Shown here: positions 49,601 through 58,439 of the stretch, in pieces | Position numbering within the stretch: the stretch's first letter is position 1 | Layout: every line of letters begins with the position of its first letter | From: a virus | Taxonomy: Duplodnaviria; Caudoviricetes | Virus record (IMG/VR): IMGVR_UViG_3300002026_000022 | Location: 3,057-67,056 of that record | DNA length: 64,000 nucleotides | Direction: 5' to 3' (one strand) | The notes under the pieces: generated by a model | The model's database searches: none | What the model was told of the DNA's origin: nothing | The model's input: the letters and a program-made list of their open reading frames with translations, nothing else | Program-made: the position numbers and the translations under genes

Positions 49601-49857
49601 AATATATGTTATTATTGATCCCATTTCTCTTAACTGGTTGTATCTATAATCCAACAAGAGAATGTACTGATACATGTACTGTTAAAGTACCAATTTATGT
49701 AAAACCTCAATTTAATACACCAGAACGACCTGTGTTACGAGATACTATTGATAGTACAACTGATGGTGAACTGGTTAGAGTGGTTGAATTAAATTTATTT
49801 GATTTGATCAATTACACTCTTAAACTAGAGTCCATATTGGAAGAGATTAAGAAGTAA
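49597..49857 (+). CDS. Outer-membrane spanin lipoprotein (Rz1-like)
   Basis: Signal peptide with lipobox LLTG-C; Pro-containing mature part. Confidence 0.7.
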   Translation: MKYMLLLIPFLLTGCIYNPTRECTDTCTVKVPIYVKPQFNTPERPVLRDTIDSTTDGELVRVVELNLFDLINYTLKLESILEEIKK

Positions 49858-49933
49858 TTAATTTATACCACATGCAACAGGGGACATGTAATTCTCTCAC
49901 ACTTTTATAATTATGTCAAGTATTTTTTGCGAT

Positions 49934-49962
49934 TTGACATAAATTTGTTGGTATTATACAAT
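49934..49962 (+). promoter_or_regulatory. Sigma70-type promoter for the primase operon
   Basis: TTGACA (49934)-17 nt-TACAAT (49957). Confidence 0.75.
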
Positions 49963-49989
49963 GTAGCATGATTAATTTGAGAGGTGTCT

Positions 49990-51033
49990 ATGTCATTGTA
50001 TGTCGATCAATCCTATGCTAAACAATTGTCCCCAAGGTTAGAGGGGTTCAAGCAAAAATCCAATACCCCATTTCTTGCAGAGTTTCGATGCCCTGTTTGT
50101 GGTGACTCTGCTAAAAAGAAAAACAAGAAACGTGGGTATCTATATGAATATAAAAATCAATTAGCGTTCAAATGTCACAATTGCAACGCATCTATGTCAT
50201 TTGGGAATTTCCTGAAGCACGTAGATGTTAATTTGTACGGACGATATGCTCTTGAAAATTATTCTAACAACTTCAAGCAACATACAGTAAAAGAAGCACC
50301 AGACTTTTCTGTTAAGTTTCCAGTTAAACATGTGCCAGAAACTGTTAAATATACACCAAATATACTTGAAGGTCTTAAATCTATAGACGAATTACCAGAA
50401 GGCAATGCAGTTCGTGAGTATATAGAAAAAAGACAGATACCAGAGGAATTTTGGATGCGTATGTATTTTGCCCCAAAATTCATGACTTGGGCATCACAAA
50501 ACACAGATAAATTTAAGATTACGGATCAAACAAAAGATCATCCTAGATTGGTCATTCCATGGTATTCAGAGCATGGGGTGTTATTCGCATATACAGCTAG
50601 ATCGTTTGGCAAAGAAGAACCTAGATATTATTCAATCACTCTAGACGCTAGTGTGCCTAAATTTTATGGTGAAGAACGTCTTGATGTGAATAAACCAATC
50701 TATGTTGTAGAGGGTCCAATCGATAGTATGTTTCTTCCTAATGCAGTAGCAGTCGGTACAAGTGCGATTGGTAATTTTCAAAATCGTGATGCAGATGTGA
50801 CCTATATACCAGATAGGGATGTAAGAAACAAAGAGATTATGAAGATTGTGAGAAAACTAATTTCTGAGGGTAGAAAGGTGTGTTTGTTGCCACTGAATAT
50901 TTTGGGCAAGGATATCAACGAGATGTGGTTGAAGAATTTTTGGACTAGAAAAAGGATGATGGATATAATTACTAACAATACATTTCAAGGATTGCAAGCA
51001 GAACTAGAGTTTTCGAAATGGAGTAAAACATGA
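49990..51033 (+). CDS. gp61: DNA primase gp61
   Basis: Zn finger FRCPVCGDS...FKCHNC; PRLVIPW; Toprim VVEGPIDSMF; KDINEM. Confidence 0.94.
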   Translation: MSLYVDQSYAKQLSPRLEGFKQKSNTPFLAEFRCPVCGDSAKKKNKKRGYLYEYKNQLAFKCHNCNASMSFGNFLKHVDVNLYGRYALENYSNNFKQHTVKEAPDFSVKFPVKHVPETVKYTPNILEGLKSIDELPEGNAVREYIEKRQIPEEFWMRMYFAPKFMTWASQNTDKFKITDQTKDHPRLVIPWYSEHGVLFAYTARSFGKEEPRYYSITLDASVPKFYGEERLDVNKPIYVVEGPIDSMFLPNAVAVGTSAIGNFQNRDADVTYIPDRDVRNKEIMKIVRKLISEGRKVCLLPLNILGKDINEMWLKNFWTRKRMMDIITNNTFQGLQAELEFSKWSKT

Positions 51034-51296
51034 CAGATATATGGAAAATGAAACATCAGATTGATAAAGATCGTAGAGAATTTGAACGTGAAGCAATGAA
51101 AGATTATGACCGTGATGTGTATTATCCTGCTAGAAAGAAATTGGTTGAGGAATGTCGAACAGTAGTGGGGCATGTTGTGGGAAGTTATCATGATAATGGA
51201 TTGGGATGGACATTTTTGTATTGTAGTAAATGTGGTGCTGTTATGAAAAAGTTTGGACCGGATGATAAAGTGTTAATTGAGGGTATCGATTTTTAA
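51030..51296 (+). CDS. Hypothetical protein
   Basis: 88 aa; C...H...CSKCG possible Zn site. Confidence 0.55.
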   Translation: MTDIWKMKHQIDKDRREFEREAMKDYDRDVYYPARKKLVEECRTVVGHVVGSYHDNGLGWTFLYCSKCGAVMKKFGPDDKVLIEGIDF

Positions 51297-51307
51297 GGAG
51301 AAGTGAA

Positions 51308-51580
51308 ATGATTAAGACATATACGTTTGAATGTTATGATGATGAAACTGGAAACTCAACATCCAAAGTTGTTCGCATTAATGATGAGATTGATTCTTGG
51401 ACGGGATATGAAGGACCAATGTGGCAATTTTTTGATTTCTTGAAAGGGTGTGGTTTTGTGTTTCATCACAATGCAGAAATTGGTGTGATGGATTACGACA
51501 AAGATAAATTTGTGAGTGCCGCAGACCCATTGTATGACTCACAAGTTTCTTTTAGTTGGGGCGAAGAAGAAAATGAGTGA
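51308..51580 (+). CDS. Hypothetical protein
   Basis: RBS AAGGAG; QFFDFLKGCGF motif. Confidence 0.6.
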   Translation: MIKTYTFECYDDETGNSTSKVVRINDEIDSWTGYEGPMWQFFDFLKGCGFVFHHNAEIGVMDYDKDKFVSAADPLYDSQVSFSWGEEENE

Positions 51581-52226
51581 GGTTAAAATTGTAGCAGTCA
51601 CTGTTCCAGTAATAGACGGTATTGAAACACCAGAAGAATTTGTTGCATATGCTGCACGAGTGTCAAATCCAACCGCACAGATCAATAATGAAACTGCACC
51701 AAGATTGCTTCGTTATCTATTGAAGAATAAACATTTCAGTCCATTTGAAATGGTTGATGTATGTTTAGAAATTAAAACTACTCGTGATATTGGTCGTCAA
51801 ATTTTGAGACACAGATCATTCGTGTTTCAAGAATTCAGTCAGAGATATGCTGCAGTCACTGATCAATTTGAGTTTCGTGAAGCACGTTTGCAAGATGAAA
51901 AGAATCGTCAAAATAGTGTTGAAACTGATGATCCTGAATTGTCTGAAGAATGGACTGGTTATCAAGAATTGGTTGAACGTCAAGCAAAAGAAGCATATGA
52001 GTGGGCATTAGAGCATGGTATTGCAAAGGAACAAGCACGAGCAGTGTTGCCAGAGGGCATGACAAAAACTACAATGTATATGAAGGGGTCACTCCGTTCA
52101 TGGATTCATTATTGCGAACTTAGATGTGGTAATGGCACACAGAAAGAGCATCGTGAGGTTGCATTGAAGTGTTGGGACATTATAGCAAAAGAGTTCCCAA
52201 GTATTGCAGAATTGATAACTGAGTAA
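51573..52226 (+). CDS. thyX: Flavin-dependent thymidylate synthase
   Basis: ARVSNP, HFSPFEM, QILRHRSF.FQEFSQRY, EQARAVLP, GTQKEH. Confidence 0.95.
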   Translation: MSEVKIVAVTVPVIDGIETPEEFVAYAARVSNPTAQINNETAPRLLRYLLKNKHFSPFEMVDVCLEIKTTRDIGRQILRHRSFVFQEFSQRYAAVTDQFEFREARLQDEKNRQNSVETDDPELSEEWTGYQELVERQAKEAYEWALEHGIAKEQARAVLPEGMTKTTMYMKGSLRSWIHYCELRCGNGTQKEHREVALKCWDIIAKEFPSIAELITE

Positions 52227-52227
52227 C

Positions 52228-52235
52228 TATAAATA
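52228..52235 (+). promoter_or_regulatory. Late promoter (TATAAATA)
   Basis: Perfect consensus between thyX and dut. Confidence 0.7.
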
Positions 52236-52263
52236 AGTCGCACAACTAAATTATGGAGACATT

Positions 52264-52815
52264 ATGGAACATCTGACTGTAGGAAATATTCAATTTGGAC
52301 CAGAAACCAAATTTGCCAATCAACCGCAACAAATGCCACAAATGCCTGAGTTCATTGAACCACCAATGATGCCACCAGTTCAGGTAAAAATTTATTCGGA
52401 GTCCAAACACGGATTGCCACAATATGAAACAAGTGGTGCATCAGGTATGGATTTAAAGGCAAATGAAGACGTTAAAATATATCCACATGAAACAACGACT
52501 GTAGGGACAGGCATATATATTGAATTAGCAAATGCGTTGGAATTTCAGATTAGACCTCGATCAGGTCTTTCGTTGAAAACAAAAATGAGAGTAGCAAATT
52601 CTCCTGGTACTATTGATTCCTGTTATCGTGGAGAGATTCGAATTATTGTAGAAAATACTGGTAATGATCTTATCACTATTAATGACGGTGATCGTATTGC
52701 TCAAATGGTTTTGGTTCCTGTGTTGAAGTGCTCATGGAAACAAGTTGAAACAAAGGAATCTCTGTCTGCAACAGATAGGGGAGAAGGTGGATTCGGATCT
52801 ACCGGAACAAAATAA
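52264..52815 (+). CDS. dut: Trimeric dUTPase
   Basis: GASGMDL, QIRPRSGL, NSPGTIDSCYRGEI, GDRIAQMV, RGEGGFGSTG; Pro/Gln/Met-rich N-extension. Confidence 0.95.
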   Translation: MEHLTVGNIQFGPETKFANQPQQMPQMPEFIEPPMMPPVQVKIYSESKHGLPQYETSGASGMDLKANEDVKIYPHETTTVGTGIYIELANALEFQIRPRSGLSLKTKMRVANSPGTIDSCYRGEIRIIVENTGNDLITINDGDRIAQMVLVPVLKCSWKQVETKESLSATDRGEGGFGSTGTK

Positions 52816-52830
52816 GAATAGGGAGCAATT

Positions 52831-54690
52831 ATGACAATGGACGTAACACAAAGTATTTTATCTGACATTACCGTATTTAACAAATATGCGAAATGGATTC
52901 CAGAGATAAATCGTAGAGAAACATGGGATGAACTTTGCGAAAGAAACATGGCAATGCACATCCGAAAATATCCTGCGATTAAGGAAGAAATCAAAGAGGT
53001 TTATCGTAATTTTGTATTTACTAAAAAAGTGTTACCGTCCATGCGATCAATGCAATTTGGTGGTCGCCCAATTGAGTTGAGCAATAACCGAATGTTCAAT
53101 TGTGCATATGCTCCTGTAGATCATATTGACATTTTCAAAGAAGTGATGTTTTTGTTACTTGGTGGGTCTGGTGTAGGGTATTCAGTACAAAAACATCATA
53201 TCGCAAAATTGCCAGAAGTTACCGGTCCAAAGGAAAAGACAAGACGTTTCCTTGTCGGAGATTCTATTGAAGGTTGGGCAGACGCAATTAAGATTATCAT
53301 TGAAGCGTATTTTTTAAACAAGTCTGATCCAGAATTTGATTATCGTGATATTCGCCCAAAGGGTGCTAGATTAATTACCTCTGGTGGTAAAGCACCTGGA
53401 CCTGACCCATTGCGTATTTGTATTGAACAAATTCGTGCAAAGTTGAATGGATCAGTTGGCAGGAAACTACAACCAATCGAAGCACATGATATTCTTTGTC
53501 ATATTGCAGATGCAGTATTGTCCGGTGGTATTCGTCGTGCGGCAATGATTGCAGGTTTTAGTCGTGATGATATGGACATGATGACATGCAAGTCTGGTGC
53601 ATGGTACGAACTTAATCCGCAACGTGGTCGTGCAAATAATTCCGTTGTATTGCACCGAGACCATATATCAAAAGAAGAGTTCTTTGATATTTGGGAACGC
53701 ATTCAATTTTCTGGTGCTGGCGAACCTGGGATTTTCTGGACAAACAATTATGATATCTTCACAAATCCATGTGCAGAAATTTCATTGAATCCACATCAAT
53801 TTTGTAACTTGACAGAAATTAATTCTAGTGATATTGAATCTCAGGAAGACTTGAATGCAAGATCAAAGGCAGCAGCATTCATTGGAACACTTCAAGCAGG
53901 ATATACTGATTTCCATTATCTTCGTGAAGTGTGGAAAGAGACTACAGAAAAAGAAGCATTGATTGGTGTTGGTCAAACTGGTATTGCATCTGGTGCAGTA
54001 CTTGGATTGAATTTGATTGAAGCAACAGACTTTGTTCTTAAAGAAAATGAACGGGTTGCCAATTTGATTGGGGTTAATGTTGCCGCCCGTACTACTACAG
54101 TTAAACCATCTGGCACTTCAAGTTTAGTACTTGGTTCATCATCAGGAATTCACGCATGGCACAATGATTATTATATTCGTCGTATGCGTGTAGGTAAGAA
54201 TGAAGCATTGTATGGTTATATGTTGGAAAACTTTCCAACATTGGTTGAGGATTGTTATTTCAAACCACACATTGAAGCAGTAATGTCATTCCCACAAAAA
54301 GCACCTGAGAATGCAATCATGAGAACAGAGTCATTCTTACATTTACTTGAAAGAGTCAAGAAGTTTAATATTGAATGGGTTCGTGCCGGTCATAGAAGTG
54401 GAGACAATCATCATAATGTGAGTTGCACAATCTCTCTTAAGGTTGGTGAATGGCATAGAGCAGGTGCATGGATGTGGAAAAACAAAGAGTTCTATAATGG
54501 AATCAGTGTGCTTCCATATAACGGTGGAACATATATTCAAGCACCATTTGAAGATTGTACAGAAGATGTATTTCAACTTATGGTAAAACAACTTCATGCA
54601 ATTGATTTAACTGGTGTTAAAGAAGTTGAGGACAACACCGCATTAACAGACCAAGCAGCATGTGCCGGTGGCGCATGTGAAGTAAAATAA
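52831..54690 (+). CDS. nrdJ: Class II (AdoCbl-dependent) ribonucleotide reductase
   Basis: RRETW, LPSMRSM, FNCAY, TNPCAEISL, CNLTE, TTVKPSGT, C-terminal ACAGGACEV; no small-subunit gene adjacent. Confidence 0.88.
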   Translation: MTMDVTQSILSDITVFNKYAKWIPEINRRETWDELCERNMAMHIRKYPAIKEEIKEVYRNFVFTKKVLPSMRSMQFGGRPIELSNNRMFNCAYAPVDHIDIFKEVMFLLLGGSGVGYSVQKHHIAKLPEVTGPKEKTRRFLVGDSIEGWADAIKIIIEAYFLNKSDPEFDYRDIRPKGARLITSGGKAPGPDPLRICIEQIRAKLNGSVGRKLQPIEAHDILCHIADAVLSGGIRRAAMIAGFSRDDMDMMTCKSGAWYELNPQRGRANNSVVLHRDHISKEEFFDIWERIQFSGAGEPGIFWTNNYDIFTNPCAEISLNPHQFCNLTEINSSDIESQEDLNARSKAAAFIGTLQAGYTDFHYLREVWKETTEKEALIGVGQTGIASGAVLGLNLIEATDFVLKENERVANLIGVNVAARTTTVKPSGTSSLVLGSSSGIHAWHNDYYIRRMRVGKNEALYGYMLENFPTLVEDCYFKPHIEAVMSFPQKAPENAIMRTESFLHLLERVKKFNIEWVRAGHRSGDNHHNVSCTISLKVGEWHRAGAWMWKNKEFYNGISVLPYNGGTYIQAPFEDCTEDVFQLMVKQLHAIDLTGVKEVEDNTALTDQAACAGGACEVK

Positions 54691-54702
54691 GAGGAATATA
54701 AA

Positions 54703-54846
54703 ATGCCCACAAAAGAATATCTATGCTGGAACTGTGACGTAAATTTCACAGTCAAATTACCGAAGGGACATGAGGTTACTTATTGTCCTGTATGCGGAGA
54801 ACAACTTGGTAGAGACGATGACACTATAGAATATGAGGACGAATAG
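54703..54846 (+). CDS. Small Zn-ribbon protein (47 aa; not in the ORF track)
   Basis: MPTKEYLCWNC...YCPVCG; RBS GAGGA. Confidence 0.7.
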   Translation: MPTKEYLCWNCDVNFTVKLPKGHEVTYCPVCGEQLGRDDDTIEYEDE

Positions 54847-55267
54847 CATTCCTTAGTTCATTTGCTTCAATTGGTTTAACCCATGAACGATATACCTTAC
54901 TGCGAATATTGTCATTGATCCATTGATCAGTTTCTAATGCTCCGGTAAGGTATAATGCCATTTCTTCAAGATAAACCATACTCCCCTTTCCAGAACTAAA
55001 TACCAAGATTTCTTTGGTAAAGTCGTCCACTCCATGTTCAGCAATATATTCTTTTAGCCATGGCGAACTTGACCAGTAATCTTTCCAGTCAGATTCCTTG
55101 CGGATCTTTTTCTTTTTTCCATTGACAGTTTTTGTTGCTGCTTTGGTAAGAAGTTTTTTCCCTATATATCGTCTTCCATTGGATTTTTGAGTAATCATAT
55201 AAATGAACCCAATCATTTTGTCTGGTATCATTTTGTCTGTTAATTCAGTTCCCTTGTATAACCACAT
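54824..55267 (-). CDS. GIY-YIG family endonuclease
   Basis: GFIYMIT...RRYIGKK, ESDWKDYWSSS, FTKEIL; has its own late promoter on the minus strand. Confidence 0.8.
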   Translation of the reverse strand: MWLYKGTELTDKMIPDKMIGFIYMITQKSNGRRYIGKKLLTKAATKTVNGKKKKIRKESDWKDYWSSSPWLKEYIAEHGVDDFTKEILVFSSGKGSMVYLEEMALYLTGALETDQWINDNIRSKVYRSWVKPIEANELRNAIRPHIL

Positions 55268-55298
55268 ATCAAAAATCCTTTACAAATCAAGTGTCTAT

Positions 55299-55306
55299 TA
55301 TTTATA
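55299..55306 (-). promoter_or_regulatory. Late promoter (TATAAATA) on the minus strand
   Basis: Plus strand reads tatttata; lies 31 nt upstream of the GIY-YIG start. Confidence 0.75.
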
Positions 55307-55334
55307 TTGACAAAAAGTGTCATATCTATATAAT
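55307..55334 (+). promoter_or_regulatory. Sigma70-type early promoter
   Basis: TTGACA-16 nt-TATAAT; RBS ACAGGAG downstream. Confidence 0.8.
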
Positions 55335-55367
55335 TCATTCCATCGAATCAACTCACAGGAGAGAATT

Positions 55368-55652
55368 ATGACTTTCACCACCAAAGAAAAACTGCTCATG
55401 GCTATCAACGATGGTTATATTGATAGTGCTTCTGTTATTTCGATGTGTATGAAATATATGACTGAGGAAGACGTTGAAAAGATGTGCGACGAGAACGATG
55501 TGTTTTCTTTCCTTGACGACGATTATGATCAGTCTGAAGATAACGAATATAACGATGATGGGTATGACGACTCTATGGACGGGGACTTTGACTCCGCAAT
55601 GACCTCTGCTGGTTGGGGTACTGATGAAGATTACGGTTATTATGGTGAGTGA
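55368..55652 (+). CDS. Acidic early hypothetical protein
   Basis: Start at ATG 55368 after the RBS; Asp/Tyr-rich tail ending SAGWGTDEDYG. Confidence 0.65.
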   Translation: MTFTTKEKLLMAINDGYIDSASVISMCMKYMTEEDVEKMCDENDVFSFLDDDYDQSEDNEYNDDGYDDSMDGDFDSAMTSAGWGTDEDYGYYGE

Positions 55653-55656
55653 TCAT

Positions 55657-55854
55657 ATGAAGATTATATATAAAGAAAGGGCATTAGACGACATGTCATA
55701 TGCCGCATATATTATGGATCATGGTAACAACAATGATTGGGTTATTTGTAACGGTGATACTTTGCTCGATGCAATGGAAGAGGGGTATCTTTTTAATGAG
55801 TATCTGGAGAGTTTAAATGATCAGTTCAAAAACGATTTACCAAGTCACGTCTGA
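55657..55854 (+). CDS. Hypothetical protein
   Basis: Part of a tightly packed early operon. Confidence 0.5.
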   Translation: MKIIYKERALDDMSYAAYIMDHGNNNDWVICNGDTLLDAMEEGYLFNEYLESLNDQFKNDLPSHV

Positions 55855-55999
55855 ACTTGGTGTTACTGGTAAGCCAGTTGATATTATTGTCGATTCAAAC
55901 GGTATGGTAGAAATTAAGGCATCATATCTCTATAGTATGAAAGAGTTTGATAACATTGTGCGACAACTCCATAGTGTAGTGGAAATGATGAATAAATGA
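55817..55999 (+). CDS. Hypothetical protein
   Basis: 60-aa ORF coupled to the next gene. Confidence 0.4.
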   Translation: MISSKTIYQVTSELGVTGKPVDIIVDSNGMVEIKASYLYSMKEFDNIVRQLHSVVEMMNK

Positions 56000-56214
56000 A
56001 AAGATTGTTAGATGTAGTTGCTCTTGGTGGAGCAATGATCGGATCATTTTTGATTGCTGCCAATATTGGCATGATTCAACTAGGTTATATATTTTTCTTG
56101 GCATCATCTGTAGCAAGTGTCGTGTTGTTGCGAAAATCTGATGCATCAAAATCATTGTTGATGACAAATATTTTCTTTGTTATAATGAATTGTATTGGAT
56201 TGTGGAGATATTGA
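55996..56214 (+). CDS. Small multi-TM membrane protein
   Basis: Three hydrophobic segments in 72 aa. Confidence 0.6.
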   Translation: MKRLLDVVALGGAMIGSFLIAANIGMIQLGYIFFLASSVASVVLLRKSDASKSLLMTNIFFVIMNCIGLWRY

Positions 56215-56456
56215 TGAAAACTTGGGTAGAATTTGTTGCTTCCATTTCAAAAGAGGAATGGGTTGAAATGATTGGTGATACTGAAAAATTCAGCAAGGAT
56301 GGGTTTATTGGTGAATGTTGTCTGCGACAAACAGCACAAAACTGGATGGACAACATTTATGCTACAGAACATGTGACTATGTGGATGCGCGAATTATCCT
56401 TTGAAGCATATAAATACTTTGCTTACTTATATCTTAAGGAACACAATGTTAGTTAA
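56214..56456 (+). CDS. Hypothetical protein
   Basis: GGAG upstream; packed operon. Confidence 0.5.
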   Translation: MKTWVEFVASISKEEWVEMIGDTEKFSKDGFIGECCLRQTAQNWMDNIYATEHVTMWMRELSFEAYKYFAYLYLKEHNVS

Positions 56457-57195
56457 ACTTATTTCGGATTTGCACCTCGAAGCATCACCCATGAAGTATA
56501 TTGATCATGGAGAACATGTGTGTGTTCTCGCGGGTGATATTGGTGAAGGTGAGAGAGGTCTTGCATGGGCATGGAAAAATATTCCAGATCACATTCGCGT
56601 TTTATATGTGCCAGGAAACCACGAATATTATAGCAATGATTACACAAAACTAAATGCTCATTTTAGGAAATGGAACAGGGCAAATAATCATATTACGGTA
56701 CTTCTAAATGATGTTTTTACCTCTGATAATTGGGACGTTGAATTTGTGGGAAGTACTTTGTGGACTGATTTTGATCTCTATGGTAATCAACCATTACATG
56801 CCATGGCATGGAAAAGGGGTTTGAATGACTCGTTATACATTCTGAATAAAAACAAAAAAATTCAAGCATCAGATTTTATTGGATGGAATAAAACATCGAT
56901 GAAGTTTTTGAAAAAAGTTGCCGAAACGCCAACCTATAAAACTCGTGTGCTGATTACCCACTATTGTGCGGAATTGTCGGTTCATCCAAAGTATAAGGGT
57001 GACGCATGTACGCCTGGATTTGCAACAAAAATTCCACAAGAGATTCATGAAAAATTCAAGTTTCATTTTCATGGTCACACTCATTCCAGTATGGATTATC
57101 AAATGCCATATGGTACAATTGTAAAGTGCAATCCTCGTGGATATGGGTATGAAAATAGTGGTGGGTTCAATGATGAGATGGTTTTAGATATTTAG
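56446..57195 (+). CDS. Calcineurin-like metallophosphoesterase
   Basis: ISDLHLE, LAGDIG, VPGNHEYY, LITHY, FHGHTH; RBS AAGGA. Confidence 0.9.
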   Translation: MLVKLISDLHLEASPMKYIDHGEHVCVLAGDIGEGERGLAWAWKNIPDHIRVLYVPGNHEYYSNDYTKLNAHFRKWNRANNHITVLLNDVFTSDNWDVEFVGSTLWTDFDLYGNQPLHAMAWKRGLNDSLYILNKNKKIQASDFIGWNKTSMKFLKKVAETPTYKTRVLITHYCAELSVHPKYKGDACTPGFATKIPQEIHEKFKFHFHGHTHSSMDYQMPYGTIVKCNPRGYGYENSGGFNDEMVLDI

Positions 57196-57245
57196 AATCA
57201 ACGACTTACGAAATGTGTTGTGTTTTATTGTGAATTCTGTATAAT
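57196..57245 (+). promoter_or_regulatory. Early promoter with conserved upstream element
   Basis: AATCAACGACTTACGAAATGTGTTG...TGTATAAT; near-duplicate at 59009. Confidence 0.7.
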
Positions 57246-57271
57246 GAATTCATCAAATAAAGGAGAAATAA

Positions 57272-57619
57272 ATGAAAAAACTTATTGCAGTTGCTTTGAT
57301 GGTTGCTTGTACGTCTGTTTATGCACAGCATCATCGTGGGCATCATGGTGGATATGGGGTTAGTTCTAACCACAGACCGTATCATACAGTTCCCCATTAT
57401 AATCCGTATGCTGGTTATATTGCACCGTTAATCATTGGTGGTGCGATTGGTTATGGTTTGTCCCAATCTCGTACTGTTGTGGTTGAACAACCAGTTTATG
57501 TTGAACGTACTTCGCCCATTGTTACTTATTCTGCAGGAAGTAGTTCCACCCAATATGAAGAAAAGATGTTGTTTGACAGTTCATGCAATTGTTACCGCAA
57601 GGCGTATGTGGAGAAATAA
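57272..57619 (+). CDS. Secreted Gly/His/Tyr-rich protein
   Basis: Signal peptide MKKLIAVALMVACTSVYA; IIGGAIGYG; C-terminal CNC; RBS AAGGAG. Confidence 0.65.
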   Translation: MKKLIAVALMVACTSVYAQHHRGHHGGYGVSSNHRPYHTVPHYNPYAGYIAPLIIGGAIGYGLSQSRTVVVEQPVYVERTSPIVTYSAGSSSTQYEEKMLFDSSCNCYRKAYVEK

Positions 57620-57955
57620 ATGAAAACTGAACTTGGTAAAATTTCGTCAGTCCGTTTTGGGTATTGTGGGTATCAGGATATGCAATTTGGATTGAGTTTG
57701 ACTTTTGAAGGAAAAGGATTTGGTGTTGGGCATGATATAACATATGCTTGGTCACTAGATATGGAGTGTGATAAACATTGCAAATGGACTGAAGAAGATC
57801 GTGATAAAGGTTTTGCAAGGACAATGCGTGAAATTAATGAAGTCATGCAAAAGGCAAAAGTTCATGATGTTACAAAACTAAAAGGAATTCCTGTCGAAAT
57901 CACATTCGATGGCAATATGTTGAAAACGTGGAGAGTATTGGAAGAAGTTCTTTAG
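57620..57955 (+). CDS. Conserved phage hypothetical protein
   Basis: LGKISSVRFG..GYQD...LKGIPVEITFDGN.LK.WRVLEEVL. Confidence 0.6.
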   Translation: MKTELGKISSVRFGYCGYQDMQFGLSLTFEGKGFGVGHDITYAWSLDMECDKHCKWTEEDRDKGFARTMREINEVMQKAKVHDVTKLKGIPVEITFDGNMLKTWRVLEEVL

Positions 57956-57960
57956 GAGAT

Positions 57961-58182
57961 ATGATGAAAATGTCTAACCGTTTTGATTTTGAACAACAAA
58001 TTATGGAATGCTGGACACTTTGTGATCATTTGAATACACTTACAGAAGGTATTCTTGAAAATGATATGACTCGTGATCAAATTACCAATGTGCTTATTGG
58101 GTTGAATGATCTGTATCAACTCAAGTTTAATAAATTGTTTGACATGTTTGAGCTTGGTGTTCGTGATCGTAAAATTCTATGA
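57961..58182 (+). CDS. Hypothetical protein
   Basis: RFDFEQQIMECW...Y.LKF.KLF family-like pattern; RBS TAGGAG. Confidence 0.6.
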   Translation: MMKMSNRFDFEQQIMECWTLCDHLNTLTEGILENDMTRDQITNVLIGLNDLYQLKFNKLFDMFELGVRDRKIL

Positions 58183-58439
58183 GATTAAAGACAACAACTG
58201 ATTGGCAACTGATTTATAAAAGTTTGTTGGATAACAGCAAGTCTTTATCTCCAAACGATCAATTGGATGCATTCACTATGTTGTTAAATTTGGATAACAT
58301 GATTAATGAGTTATCTAAACTTGAGGTCAGTGCTCGTCAATCTAAAAAATATCGCAATTACACTGCGGCATTAGAAAAGATTAACGAAGAAATTGACCAT
58401 GTAGAAAATTTGATTTTTATGGGAGTACTTGCGACATGA
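58179..58439 (+). CDS. Hypothetical helical protein
   Basis: Coupled overlaps on both sides. Confidence 0.55.
   Translation: MRLKTTTDWQLIYKSLLDNSKSLSPNDQLDAFTMLLNLDNMINELSKLEVSARQSKKYRNYTAALEKINEEIDHVENLIFMGVLAT

Noticed and set aside
55996-56214. PnuC nicotinamide riboside transporter
   Set aside because: Only 72 aa with three hydrophobic segments, far shorter than PnuC, and no NadR or NAD-salvage genes are adjacent.
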